A stretch of 64,000 nt of DNA from a virus. Taxonomy: Duplodnaviria; Caudoviricetes. A program made the translations under genes and the position numbers. How positions within the stretch are numbered: the first letter of the stretch is position 1; every line of letters begins with the position of its first letter. The notes under the pieces are model-generated. The model worked only from the letters and a program-made list of their open reading frames with translations. It was not told where the DNA came from and searched no databases. The DNA lies in the IMG/VR virus record IMGVR_UViG_3300042465_005116, positions 1 to 64,000 of that record, one strand, 5' to 3'. Positions 19,460 through 26,731 of this stretch are shown here, one piece after another.

Positions 19460-20013
19460 TAGTATGTTCTCTCCTCAATTTGAACTTGTGAACGTTTTAC
19501 CATCATACCAGTAGCAACAAGTTGCATACTTGCATCTGAGAATGTGTTTGTAGATTGGTCATATATTTTTGATGAACCACCTATTAACATAGTATCCATA
19601 ACATTATTTATTTCATAGTAAAATTCATCAAACAAAATAATGTCTCCAATTTCAGGATATCCATATTGTGTATTTTGTATTGCATCTGCCGGTATTTCGT
19701 TACCATTGATATCTCGTACCTTTGGTATCTCATGTGTTCTTAATCTTTCTTTATTAAAACGGAATTCTACATTTTGTTGTGTATCCGGTCCAAATTCATC
19801 ATAATTTGAAGTAGTATTCTCCCTATCAACAATACACATTAAATTAGCAGGTGCATGGTATATTTTACCCAATGATTCACCATATAAATTAGTTTTTGAT
19901 TCACCAACTGATATTTTGAATAGAGTAACAGTCGTTTCCACTACATAATCTACCACTTCTTCAGCGATAGTTTTTATGAATTCCAAATCTCTACTATGAA
20001 AAAACTTTGGCAT
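19459..20013 (-). CDS. Head closure / neck protein (T4 gp14-like)
   Basis: NLYGES.GK.Y...PEIGDIILFDEFYYEI pattern; lies between gp13-like and gp15-like genes. Confidence 0.6.
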   Translation of the reverse strand: MPKFFHSRDLEFIKTIAEEVVDYVVETTVTLFKISVGESKTNLYGESLGKIYHAPANLMCIVDRENTTSNYDEFGPDTQQNVEFRFNKERLRTHEIPKVRDINGNEIPADAIQNTQYGYPEIGDIILFDEFYYEINNVMDTMLIGGSSKIYDQSTNTFSDASMQLVATGMMVKRSQVQIEERTY

Positions 20014-20019
20014 ATGTTA

Positions 20020-21171
20020 TTATCCTATGTATATTGCTAATGGAACTGATTTAATTATTTTTTGTTGTTGTTCAACCATATTGGATTCATTTTCCATTCT
20101 GGTCTTTTTACTAACCTCTTCTAAGTTTTCTCTCAATTGAGTTACTAATGATTCCTTTTCAGTTTGTGCTTCTGCTCTTAGTGCTGCACCATCCAATGAA
20201 ACATCAGAACCAGGAATTGGTATAGTAGAATATTTTTCTCTAATTGCACCTAATAATTCTTTAGCAAGTGCAAGTGTGTATTTTCTAATCCATTGTTTAC
20301 CAACATCATTAATTTTTGAGTAATCTTGAAACTGATATCCAACATTTGAATAATCACTTACAACATTTGGTGTTATTATAGTATTTCCTTCTCTGAAATC
20401 CTTTTTTACCATATACTCAAACCATAATCTTTCGGTTTTAGTTGGTATTGGGAATATTTGTATTTTATTATTGACAATATTAAAACTAAATGCGGATTTA
20501 CGGAATTGGTCATTGAATTCAATTGCTTGAATTCTTAACATATCCTCATACATTGGCATTAGAATAAATTGTGCTGCGGGTGAGAACGAACCAAACCCAA
20601 ATTCATCAATTAAGTTTAATGTACCTTGTCCAGAAACTGAATAAGGGTCAAAGAAACGAGAGATTGCAGGAGTGGCTTCGTAAAATACTTTAGTTATATC
20701 AAGTCTTTCACCACTTTCATTTACATCACCCCATAATTCTTGTAAATCATAACTTTGAGTACCTGCCGATGCAAGGATACTTCCTCTTTTAATATCTATT
20801 CTACCACCAACATTTGCTTGAGTACCATAACCTTCGGCAATAGTAATTACATTGTTTAATTCACTTCCTAATACTGATTTGTTGGTAAAATTTGAACTTG
20901 TGGGTTGACCTTCAAGGGCACCCATATTGTTTCGTATGTTAAATTGATTAACTTGTGCAGAATATTCACTTACTGCCTCTTCAAACACCGCAAAGAAACT
21001 ACTTGATATCAATTCTACATCTACAATTGGATAACCCAACCTTTGTGCACACCACGATGCAACTTTAGGGGCATCTAATTGAAAGTTTGAATCATTATCA
21101 TATAATCCGAATGGGGTAGATGAACCAGTAACGAAAGTTGCCGTACCTGTCCATACTCTTGATTGCGACAT
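20020..21171 (-). CDS. Neck / head-tail adaptor (T4 gp13-like)
   Basis: LGYPIVDVEL, WIRKYTLALAKELLGAIREKY and LDGAALRAEA motifs. True start is probably MSQSRVW at 21171 (AAGGAG 7 nt upstream), not 21219. Confidence 0.75.
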   Translation of the reverse strand: MSQSRVWTGTATFVTGSSTPFGLYDNDSNFQLDAPKVASWCAQRLGYPIVDVELISSSFFAVFEEAVSEYSAQVNQFNIRNNMGALEGQPTSSNFTNKSVLGSELNNVITIAEGYGTQANVGGRIDIKRGSILASAGTQSYDLQELWGDVNESGERLDITKVFYEATPAISRFFDPYSVSGQGTLNLIDEFGFGSFSPAAQFILMPMYEDMLRIQAIEFNDQFRKSAFSFNIVNNKIQIFPIPTKTERLWFEYMVKKDFREGNTIITPNVVSDYSNVGYQFQDYSKINDVGKQWIRKYTLALAKELLGAIREKYSTIPIPGSDVSLDGAALRAEAQTEKESLVTQLRENLEEVSKKTRMENESNMVEQQQKIIKSVPLAIYIG

Positions 21172-21201
21172 ATTTATTCTCCTTAATACATTTATTCTTA
21201 T

Positions 21202-21209
21202 ATAAATAT
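21202..21209 (-). promoter_or_regulatory. Putative late promoter motif for the neck-tail operon
   Basis: ATATTTAT 30 nt before the ATG at 21171, just after a terminator. Confidence 0.55.
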
Positions 21210-21217
21210 AAAATAAC

Positions 21218-21248
21218 AAAAAAGGGAGTGAATAAATCCACTCCCTTT
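21218..21248 (-). terminator. Rho-independent terminator
   Basis: Minus strand reads AAAGGGAGTGG-ATTTA-TTCACTCCCTTT then TTTGTT. Confidence 0.8.
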
Positions 21249-21270
21249 CAAATCTTATGTTTTATATCTA

Positions 21271-21642
21271 TTATCCTAAGTTAATTAGTTTATATTTTGT
21301 TGAGTATAATAGTTTAGCAATATTATCTAATTCATTCTGAATCCAACTTACCTTTAATTTATCTTGCTGTCTTTCATTTTCTAAAAATTTAATAAGTTTA
21401 TCAAAATATGCGATTATGTTTTCTTTTGATGAATCAGTATCTATTCCGTTTACTTGTTTATAAGTTATCAAACCATATTTACCTTGATATGCTTCAATTA
21501 AACCATCCAATAGGGGTATAAGTTCTGTATAATAGGTTTGTAATGCTAAATGTAAAGCAAGAGAACCTGGCCCTTTAACTCCTGTGTGGAATTGATGTGC
21601 TTGTGTTCTACTATGAAAAAAAATTGAAGCTAATTGTTCCAT
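21271..21642 (-). CDS. Ferritin-like four-helix protein (DUF5856-like)
   Basis: SRTQAHQFH...HLALQTYY...DGLIEAYQGKYG...DNIAKLLYSTKYKL. Likely start is MEQLAS at 21642. Confidence 0.65.
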   Translation of the reverse strand: MEQLASIFFHSRTQAHQFHTGVKGPGSLALHLALQTYYTELIPLLDGLIEAYQGKYGLITYKQVNGIDTDSSKENIIAYFDKLIKFLENERQQDKLKVSWIQNELDNIAKLLYSTKYKLINLG

Positions 21643-21661
21643 ATAATATATCTCTTTGATA

Positions 21662-21669
21662 ATAAGTAT
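21662..21669 (-). promoter_or_regulatory. Putative late promoter motif
   Basis: ATACTTAT 19 nt before the ATG at 21642. Confidence 0.5.
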
Positions 21670-21689
21670 ATACAAAGGTTAATTTAAAT

Positions 21690-21714
21690 AAAAAAAAGGG
21701 AGAAATCTCCCTTT
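21690..21714 (-). terminator. Rho-independent terminator closing the early-gene island
   Basis: Minus strand reads AAAGGGAGA-TT-TCTCCCTTT followed by a T-run. Confidence 0.8.
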
Positions 21715-21745
21715 AACAAATGAACAAACAAACAAAACTAATATC

Positions 21746-22012
21746 TTAATATTCAATCATTGAGACCGGTACGTTGTATGAAGCAAACCCACCTTTTACT
21801 CTCAAATTGGCTTTAGTTCGGTTGATTTTAACAACCTCTAACTCTCTACCCATTAATTTGGGGTGATTTACTTTAACCGTCATACCTACTTGCAATGACA
21901 ATTTCTTTTCTAACGATTCTATGGTACGTTTTTGTTTAATCAGTTCAATAACCATTTGGTTAACGTTACGCAATTCTGCTACTGATAATTTTGATAATTC
22001 TGAATAATTCAT
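21746..22012 (-). CDS. Small hypothetical protein (KOW/SH3-like C-terminus), probable early gene
   Basis: LQVGMTVKV...EVVKINRTKANL pattern; A-rich start context. Confidence 0.65.
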   Translation of the reverse strand: MNYSELSKLSVAELRNVNQMVIELIKQKRTIESLEKKLSLQVGMTVKVNHPKLMGRELEVVKINRTKANLRVKGGFASYNVPVSMIEY

Positions 22013-22035
22013 GTCTTTTATGTTTTAAATTTTAA

Positions 22036-22248
22036 TTAATCTATTTCGCCAAATACTCTAATCCATTCCTCATTGGTAATTCCCGTCATAAGGAACTCTC
22101 TTTCGTCCATTGTTAAGTTTGGAACGATGTTTTGTATCAATTCTTTTGAATTGTAACGATTCTCTACTCTTAATAACTCATCTTGAGTAACATTGATATT
22201 CAATGTATGTTCAATACCGGTTAAACTGCTGATTTTTGTAATATTCAT
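22036..22248 (-). CDS. Small hypothetical protein, probable early gene
   Basis: 70 aa; LIQNIVPNLTMDEREFLMTGIT..EW. Confidence 0.65.
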   Translation of the reverse strand: MNITKISSLTGIEHTLNINVTQDELLRVENRYNSKELIQNIVPNLTMDEREFLMTGITNEEWIRVFGEID

Positions 22249-22265
22249 ATTTTATATTTTAAGGG

Positions 22266-22508
22266 TTACCAACACAACATATCTCCTGCCTTATCCCAAC
22301 TTCTAGCACCACTTTCGGTTGCTTTGTGAAGTGAGTTGTAATTCACATCTAAATTAGAATTACCAAATTGACGTTTAAGTTCTGATTTAAACTCTTTAAG
22401 GTTCTTAGCCCAAATATCGTTGAACCCACCACTTACCCAATTGAATTGGTATCGGTACTCACCTTTTGAATTTTTTAACAATCTTTCATACTTTGCTCTA
22501 TGTTTCAT
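22266..22508 (-). CDS. Small hypothetical protein, probable early gene
   Basis: 80 aa; first gene after promoter repeat copy 2. Confidence 0.65.
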   Translation of the reverse strand: MKHRAKYERLLKNSKGEYRYQFNWVSGGFNDIWAKNLKEFKSELKRQFGNSNLDVNYNSLHKATESGARSWDKAGDMLCW

Positions 22509-22529
22509 ACTTTTATATTTTATAGTTTA

Positions 22530-22587
22530 TTATCTCTTAATCTTATAAAGCTAATCTACAACTTTTTTTCCACATTTCCAAATATTT
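22530..22587 (-). promoter_or_regulatory. Bacteroidota sigma70-like promoter, repeat copy 2
   Basis: TTTG (22579-82), 20 nt, TAGATTAG (22551-58), versus the consensus TTTG / TAnnTTTG. Part of a ~58-bp near-repeat of 23172-23230. Confidence 0.65.
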
Positions 22588-22599
22588 TAGGACTTATTT

Positions 22600-22908
22600 T
22601 TATAAATAAGTTGGACCATAATGTGACCATTTAGCAGTTCCATCAAATATGTTTCCTCTACTATGTTTAGCCGGGGCTCTCCAACTGGCGGGTTTCATTA
22701 AATCACCTTTCTTAACGGGGACACCCATATGAAATCCATCAAACATCGAAACGAACGCCCATACGTGGGTTGAATCCATAATTTTCATAAATTTAGAACC
22801 CTTTTTAATCTTTAATGGGGTATAATCACTATAATAATCACCTGATTCGTGTCTTTTTTTACGGTCTGCATCGACCTTTGCTAACCAAATTTCAAATTGT
22901 GTTTTCAT
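22600..22908 (-). CDS. Small hypothetical phage protein, probable early gene
   Basis: 102 aa; GDLMKPASWRAPAKHSRGNI motif. Confidence 0.7.
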   Translation of the reverse strand: MKTQFEIWLAKVDADRKKRHESGDYYSDYTPLKIKKGSKFMKIMDSTHVWAFVSMFDGFHMGVPVKKGDLMKPASWRAPAKHSRGNIFDGTAKWSHYGPTYL

Positions 22909-22920
22909 ATATCTTATATT

Positions 22921-23151
22921 TTATTTTAACCATAAATTGTAAACATAATCATACTTTACATTCAAAGTCTCTGCAAGTTTCTCAAACAACCTCTCTCTCA
23001 CTATACTATCAGTAACACCAATGTATCGGTAAACATCCTCACCAACAATCAGTTTATTTAATAGGCCGGGAAACGTTGGGGTTTCATTCAATTCTAATCC
23101 CAAATCATCGGTTGGGAAGTTCTCTACATAATACTCTTTAATTGTGCTCAT
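22921..23151 (-). CDS. Small hypothetical protein, probable early gene
   Basis: 76 aa; first gene after promoter repeat copy 1. Confidence 0.65.
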   Translation of the reverse strand: MSTIKEYYVENFPTDDLGLELNETPTFPGLLNKLIVGEDVYRYIGVTDSIVRERLFEKLAETLNVKYDYVYNLWLK

Positions 23152-23171
23152 ATCTTTTATATTTTATTTGT

Positions 23172-23230
23172 TTATCTCCTAATCTTATAAAGCTAAACTA
23201 CACATTATTTTCCACAATTCCAAATTATTT
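23172..23230 (-). promoter_or_regulatory. Bacteroidota sigma70-like promoter, repeat copy 1
   Basis: TTTG (23221-24), 20 nt, TAGTTTAG (23193-200). Confidence 0.65.
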
Positions 23231-23262
23231 CCCATTTATTTTCACTTTTTTTGTAAAATTTT

Positions 23263-23310
23263 TCATTGATTATCAATGAGTTATAAAAGGTTGACTATCA
23301 ATAAGTTATG
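23263..23310. repeat. 17-bp palindrome within two 20-bp imperfect direct repeats
   Basis: TCATTGAT-T-ATCAATGA at 23263-23279; TTGATTATCAATGAGTTATA (23266) versus TTGACTATCAATAAGTTATG (23291), 17/20 identical. Confidence 0.8.
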
Positions 23311-23314
23311 GGCA

Positions 23315-23347
23315 TAAAAAAAGGGAGAATATTTCTATTCCCCCTTC
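23315..23347 (-). terminator. Rho-independent terminator after the major capsid gene
   Basis: Minus strand reads GGGGGAATA-GAAA-TATTCTCCC-TTTTTTT (GNRA loop). Confidence 0.85.
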
Positions 23348-23382
23348 TTTATTATCGAATCGTTAGTTTGATTCAGTTAAGA

Positions 23383-25023
23383 CTAGATTGAAGCCAAATC
23401 TTTAACATAAATCTTACCATAGAATTCTGGACGGACCATCTTCTTAGCGTAACGAGTCATAACACCACGACGAGGCGTGAAGTTAGATGGGTCGTACACT
23501 AATGGAGTCATAATCAATGGTACATATGGAGCATAAACCGCACCAGTCTCAAGGAAGTTACTTCCTTTGAATCCTAATAAGATTTCGTTAGAAGTCATAT
23601 AAGGGTTCTTGTAAACTGTGTAACGAGATGCCAAAGAACCTACTTGAGATACACCAGCTGCGAAAGATGTAGCATCTTTATCCGCGTTAACTGAGAAACC
23701 AGGAATTGATTCTAAGATAGTACAAACATCTGGAGATGCAACGATGAAGTTAGCACCACCACGAAGAGTTAATTGATGAATCTTGTTAGAAACTTTGTTC
23801 AATTTAACACCTAATGTTTGGAACCATGTATTTTTTTGGTAAGCCAATGAATTGTTACCTGCTGACCAACTACCATCTTGAGAGTTAAACTCTTCACCAA
23901 TTGTTGCTGACCAATATTCAGTTGTTAACGCGTTAGACTTTAACATATCTAAGATTTCTAAGTCAATCTCTAAAGAGATATACTCAGATAACATAGAAGT
24001 TAATTCAGCCTCAGCATCGATTGAATGGTATGCATTCAAATCTTGTGCCAATTCCGGTGTCCATACTGCTTTCAACTTACGAGTCTTAGCAACGATTGCC
24101 TCAGAACGTAATTCTAAGTCAACTTCAGGAATACCTAAATCAGATGCTGGTTCAGAGATACCACCTGCTTGTGTACCATCTTCGAAATCACCACGTGTGT
24201 TTGAAGTTGGAGCTTTTGAATACTGAACTTCTAAAGATTTTACAGCACTTGCAGATGTTACTTTACCATAGAATACGATATTTGAACCTGAAATTCTTGT
24301 TTGACCAGGATAGTATAAATCAGCTGCTGAAAAAGCAGGTGATTGAACTGCAAATGAACGTACTGCTTCTACATCTAAACTTGGTAATTCTGATGTTGCA
24401 GTAACGAATCTTTTAAGAGTACCAGCTGCTACTGAAGCAGATAAAGCTGCATCGTATCCAACTTCTTGCCAGTTTGCAGAACCAGTTGTTACAGCAGATG
24501 CTGCAATTGATTCACTAACATTGTTAACTGTGTATCCGTAACGTCCTTCACCATAAAGACCGTTTACAGCTGATTTAGTTCTACCATATTCAGAATCAAA
24601 TGTTGAAGTACCATTACCACCGAAAAGTGATTTACCTGCGTTAGCAGCATTGAATGCTGGGTTACCATTTACACTTGTTCCGTATTTGAAATCTAGATAG
24701 AATATAAGACCTGAAGGTAAGTTCATTGGTTGAACTGAAACGAATTCTTTCGCTGCAATTTCACCAAAGATTCTTCTTACTAATGGTAAAGCTACGCCAG
24801 ACCATTCTTCAGAACCTGCTGAAGTACCAGTTGCGGTAGCTTCATCCAATAATTGTTTCGCTTGGTTCTCTAATAGAACTGCGATTTGAGATTGCTCTCT
24901 TTCTTTTAAACCTTCTAAAAGACCAGTTGCTTCCCATTTGCTTTTCAATTGACGTGTTTCAGCCAACATTACCGCTTGTGGGTTCTTGCCTTCCATAAGT
25001 TTAGATAAATTAAAATTTGCCAT
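23383..25023 (-). CDS. gp23: Major capsid protein (T4 gp23-like)
   Basis: VQPMNLPSGLIFYL, IVAKTRKLKAVWTPELAQDLNAYH, YAPYVPL and PRRGVMTRYA motifs. Confidence 0.97.
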   Translation of the reverse strand: MANFNLSKLMEGKNPQAVMLAETRQLKSKWEATGLLEGLKEREQSQIAVLLENQAKQLLDEATATGTSAGSEEWSGVALPLVRRIFGEIAAKEFVSVQPMNLPSGLIFYLDFKYGTSVNGNPAFNAANAGKSLFGGNGTSTFDSEYGRTKSAVNGLYGEGRYGYTVNNVSESIAASAVTTGSANWQEVGYDAALSASVAAGTLKRFVTATSELPSLDVEAVRSFAVQSPAFSAADLYYPGQTRISGSNIVFYGKVTSASAVKSLEVQYSKAPTSNTRGDFEDGTQAGGISEPASDLGIPEVDLELRSEAIVAKTRKLKAVWTPELAQDLNAYHSIDAEAELTSMLSEYISLEIDLEILDMLKSNALTTEYWSATIGEEFNSQDGSWSAGNNSLAYQKNTWFQTLGVKLNKVSNKIHQLTLRGGANFIVASPDVCTILESIPGFSVNADKDATSFAAGVSQVGSLASRYTVYKNPYMTSNEILLGFKGSNFLETGAVYAPYVPLIMTPLVYDPSNFTPRRGVMTRYAKKMVRPEFYGKIYVKDLASI

Positions 25024-25057
25024 TTTATTTTTTCTCCTTTGGGGTTGTTTTTTTTGT

Positions 25058-26173
25058 TTATTTAATATTTGCTAATTTCTTGAAACGTTCTGCCATAGAA
25101 TTGCTTTCTGCTATAATTGTTTTTGGAGCAGTTGAAGCAACTTTTTTCGATGCGAATGATTCATTCATTTTAGTTTGTTGTTTTACCTTCTTAGCAGTTC
25201 CACCAATTTTCATTGATTCAGCTAATGTAGAGAAAACTAATTTTACTTCTCTAACGTTTTGAGTTCTATCTAAAGTTTCAACAACTTTATGTTTTTGCTC
25301 ATTAGTTAAATCGTAAGAACGGAATAATTTGTTAGTATACAATAATTTTGCATTTAACAAGTTTACTTCGTTGATTGTAGATTTCAAAGATTTGATAACT
25401 TTGTATGCTTCTTCTAAATCAGCTTGTAATTCAGCTTTTTCTTCATCAGCACCTTCTTTCATTTCCTCTTCTTCACCTTCCATTTTTTCGTCATCACCAT
25501 AACCCATTTCACGTAAGATTTCGTCTAAGTCGATTTCTTCGTCTTCTTCGGATACTGGTTCTGCTTTTTCGTCACCTTCTGCAAAAGCTTCTGGTTTTTC
25601 TTCCTCTTCAACATACTCAGGTTTTTCAGATTCGAATTTTGCTTCGCCTTTTTCATCACCTTCTTCTGTCATTGGGTCGTTTTTACCATCTAACTCTTGT
25701 TCTAGTTCTCTGATAATTTCTTCTAAATCGAAATCATCTTCATCCATAGGTTCTGCTTTTTCTTCTTCAGCGATTGCGCCAGTTGGGTCGTCGTTAACAC
25801 CATCACCATTTTCATCTTCATCAGATTCTGCGATTGTGTTGTTTTCGTCTTCTTTACCTGGTTCTGCTGTTTCTTTGTCAGTATCACCTAATTCTGTGTG
25901 TGCATCAGTTGAGATACCCTGTGGGTCTTTGTTCTCAACATCGCCAAATTTTGTGCTGTCTGCATCCGATGTGTCATCTGCACCATACTCTTCAGTTACA
26001 TCTGCTGTCTCATCTTCTTCACCTTCCATTTCGGCTGTGATTTTCTTAGATAAGATAGATTGTAAACGTGGAGTAAAAGCTTCCTCTAATGCGATTTTAG
26101 CATTAGCGATTGCAGTTTCACGTACGGCTTTAGCATCAGCAATTGCATCTTTCAACAATTTTGAATTTGCCAT
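25058..26173 (-). CDS. Prohead core / scaffolding protein
   Basis: Very acidic centre and coiled-coil C-terminus (EVNLLNAKLLYTNKLF; MAERFKKLANIK); directly upstream of the MCP. Confidence 0.85.
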   Translation of the reverse strand: MANSKLLKDAIADAKAVRETAIANAKIALEEAFTPRLQSILSKKITAEMEGEEDETADVTEEYGADDTSDADSTKFGDVENKDPQGISTDAHTELGDTDKETAEPGKEDENNTIAESDEDENGDGVNDDPTGAIAEEEKAEPMDEDDFDLEEIIRELEQELDGKNDPMTEEGDEKGEAKFESEKPEYVEEEEKPEAFAEGDEKAEPVSEEDEEIDLDEILREMGYGDDEKMEGEEEEMKEGADEEKAELQADLEEAYKVIKSLKSTINEVNLLNAKLLYTNKLFRSYDLTNEQKHKVVETLDRTQNVREVKLVFSTLAESMKIGGTAKKVKQQTKMNESFASKKVASTAPKTIIAESNSMAERFKKLANIK

Positions 26174-26320
26174 TTGTTTTCTTCCTTTACTTTTTTTTCT
26201 GAAAATATTGAGTGATTTTCAATCGAATTGATTAAGTTAGTTGTTCGGTGACCTCACATAAGGGTGGGTATTCATTAACCAACGGGATAAAATTAAACCT
26301 ACATTGAGTAGGTTATTATA
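26174..26320 (-). other. Structured ~150-nt 5' leader of the scaffold-capsid operon
   Basis: Stems AACCTAC/GTAGGTT, GTTGGTT/AACTAAC, TCAAT/ATTGA and TGAAAAT/ATTTTCA found by eye. Confidence 0.4.
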
Positions 26321-26323
26321 GAA

Positions 26324-26348
26324 ATAAATATATAAATGTTTACGAAAC
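26324..26348 (-). promoter_or_regulatory. Putative late promoter for scaffold-MCP (GTTTCGT-N10-ATATTTAT)
   Basis: ATATTTAT at 26324-26331, with an upstream element at the same N10 offset as at 632 and 63568. Confidence 0.55.
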
Positions 26349-26371
26349 CGCAAAATTTATGTAAAATATTT

Positions 26372-26674
26372 TTAATCTCTTGAGGTGTCTTTATCTGATT
26401 GAGGTGTTTTTTTACTAACTTTCTTTTTCTTTTTAGTAAAAAACCTAATCGTTCTATCACCATCTGCAATCTTACTGAGAGCAACTCTTTTTTGCTCTTC
26501 TCTGATTGCCTTTTGTTTTTGTAATCTTCTTTTTGTAGTAGGTTTAACGTATTCCTTTCTTTCTCTTAGTTCTAAGAGGTGTCCAGATTCCATAACCTTT
26601 TTTTTGAATTTTTTTAAAGCCTTTGCAATGTCTCCATTACGAACTTCGACTGTAATCCTTGCTAATCCGCTCAT
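26372..26674 (-). CDS. rpsU: Phage-encoded ribosomal protein bS21 with a basic C-terminal extension
   Basis: ITVEVRNGDIAKALKKFKKKV...LELRERKEYVKPTTKRR is the bS21 signature. Location in the head module matches described bS21 phages. Confidence 0.92.
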   Translation of the reverse strand: MSGLARITVEVRNGDIAKALKKFKKKVMESGHLLELRERKEYVKPTTKRRLQKQKAIREEQKRVALSKIADGDRTIRFFTKKKKKVSKKTPQSDKDTSRD

Positions 26675-26711
26675 TAATTGTATTTAAATTGTGTTTGTAA
26701 CTTATTTGGTA

Positions 26712-26719
26712 ATAAATAT
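26712..26719 (-). promoter_or_regulatory. Putative late promoter motif upstream of bS21
   Basis: ATATTTAT 37 nt before the bS21 ATG. Confidence 0.55.
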
Positions 26720-26731
26720 GTCTTTTATAAA

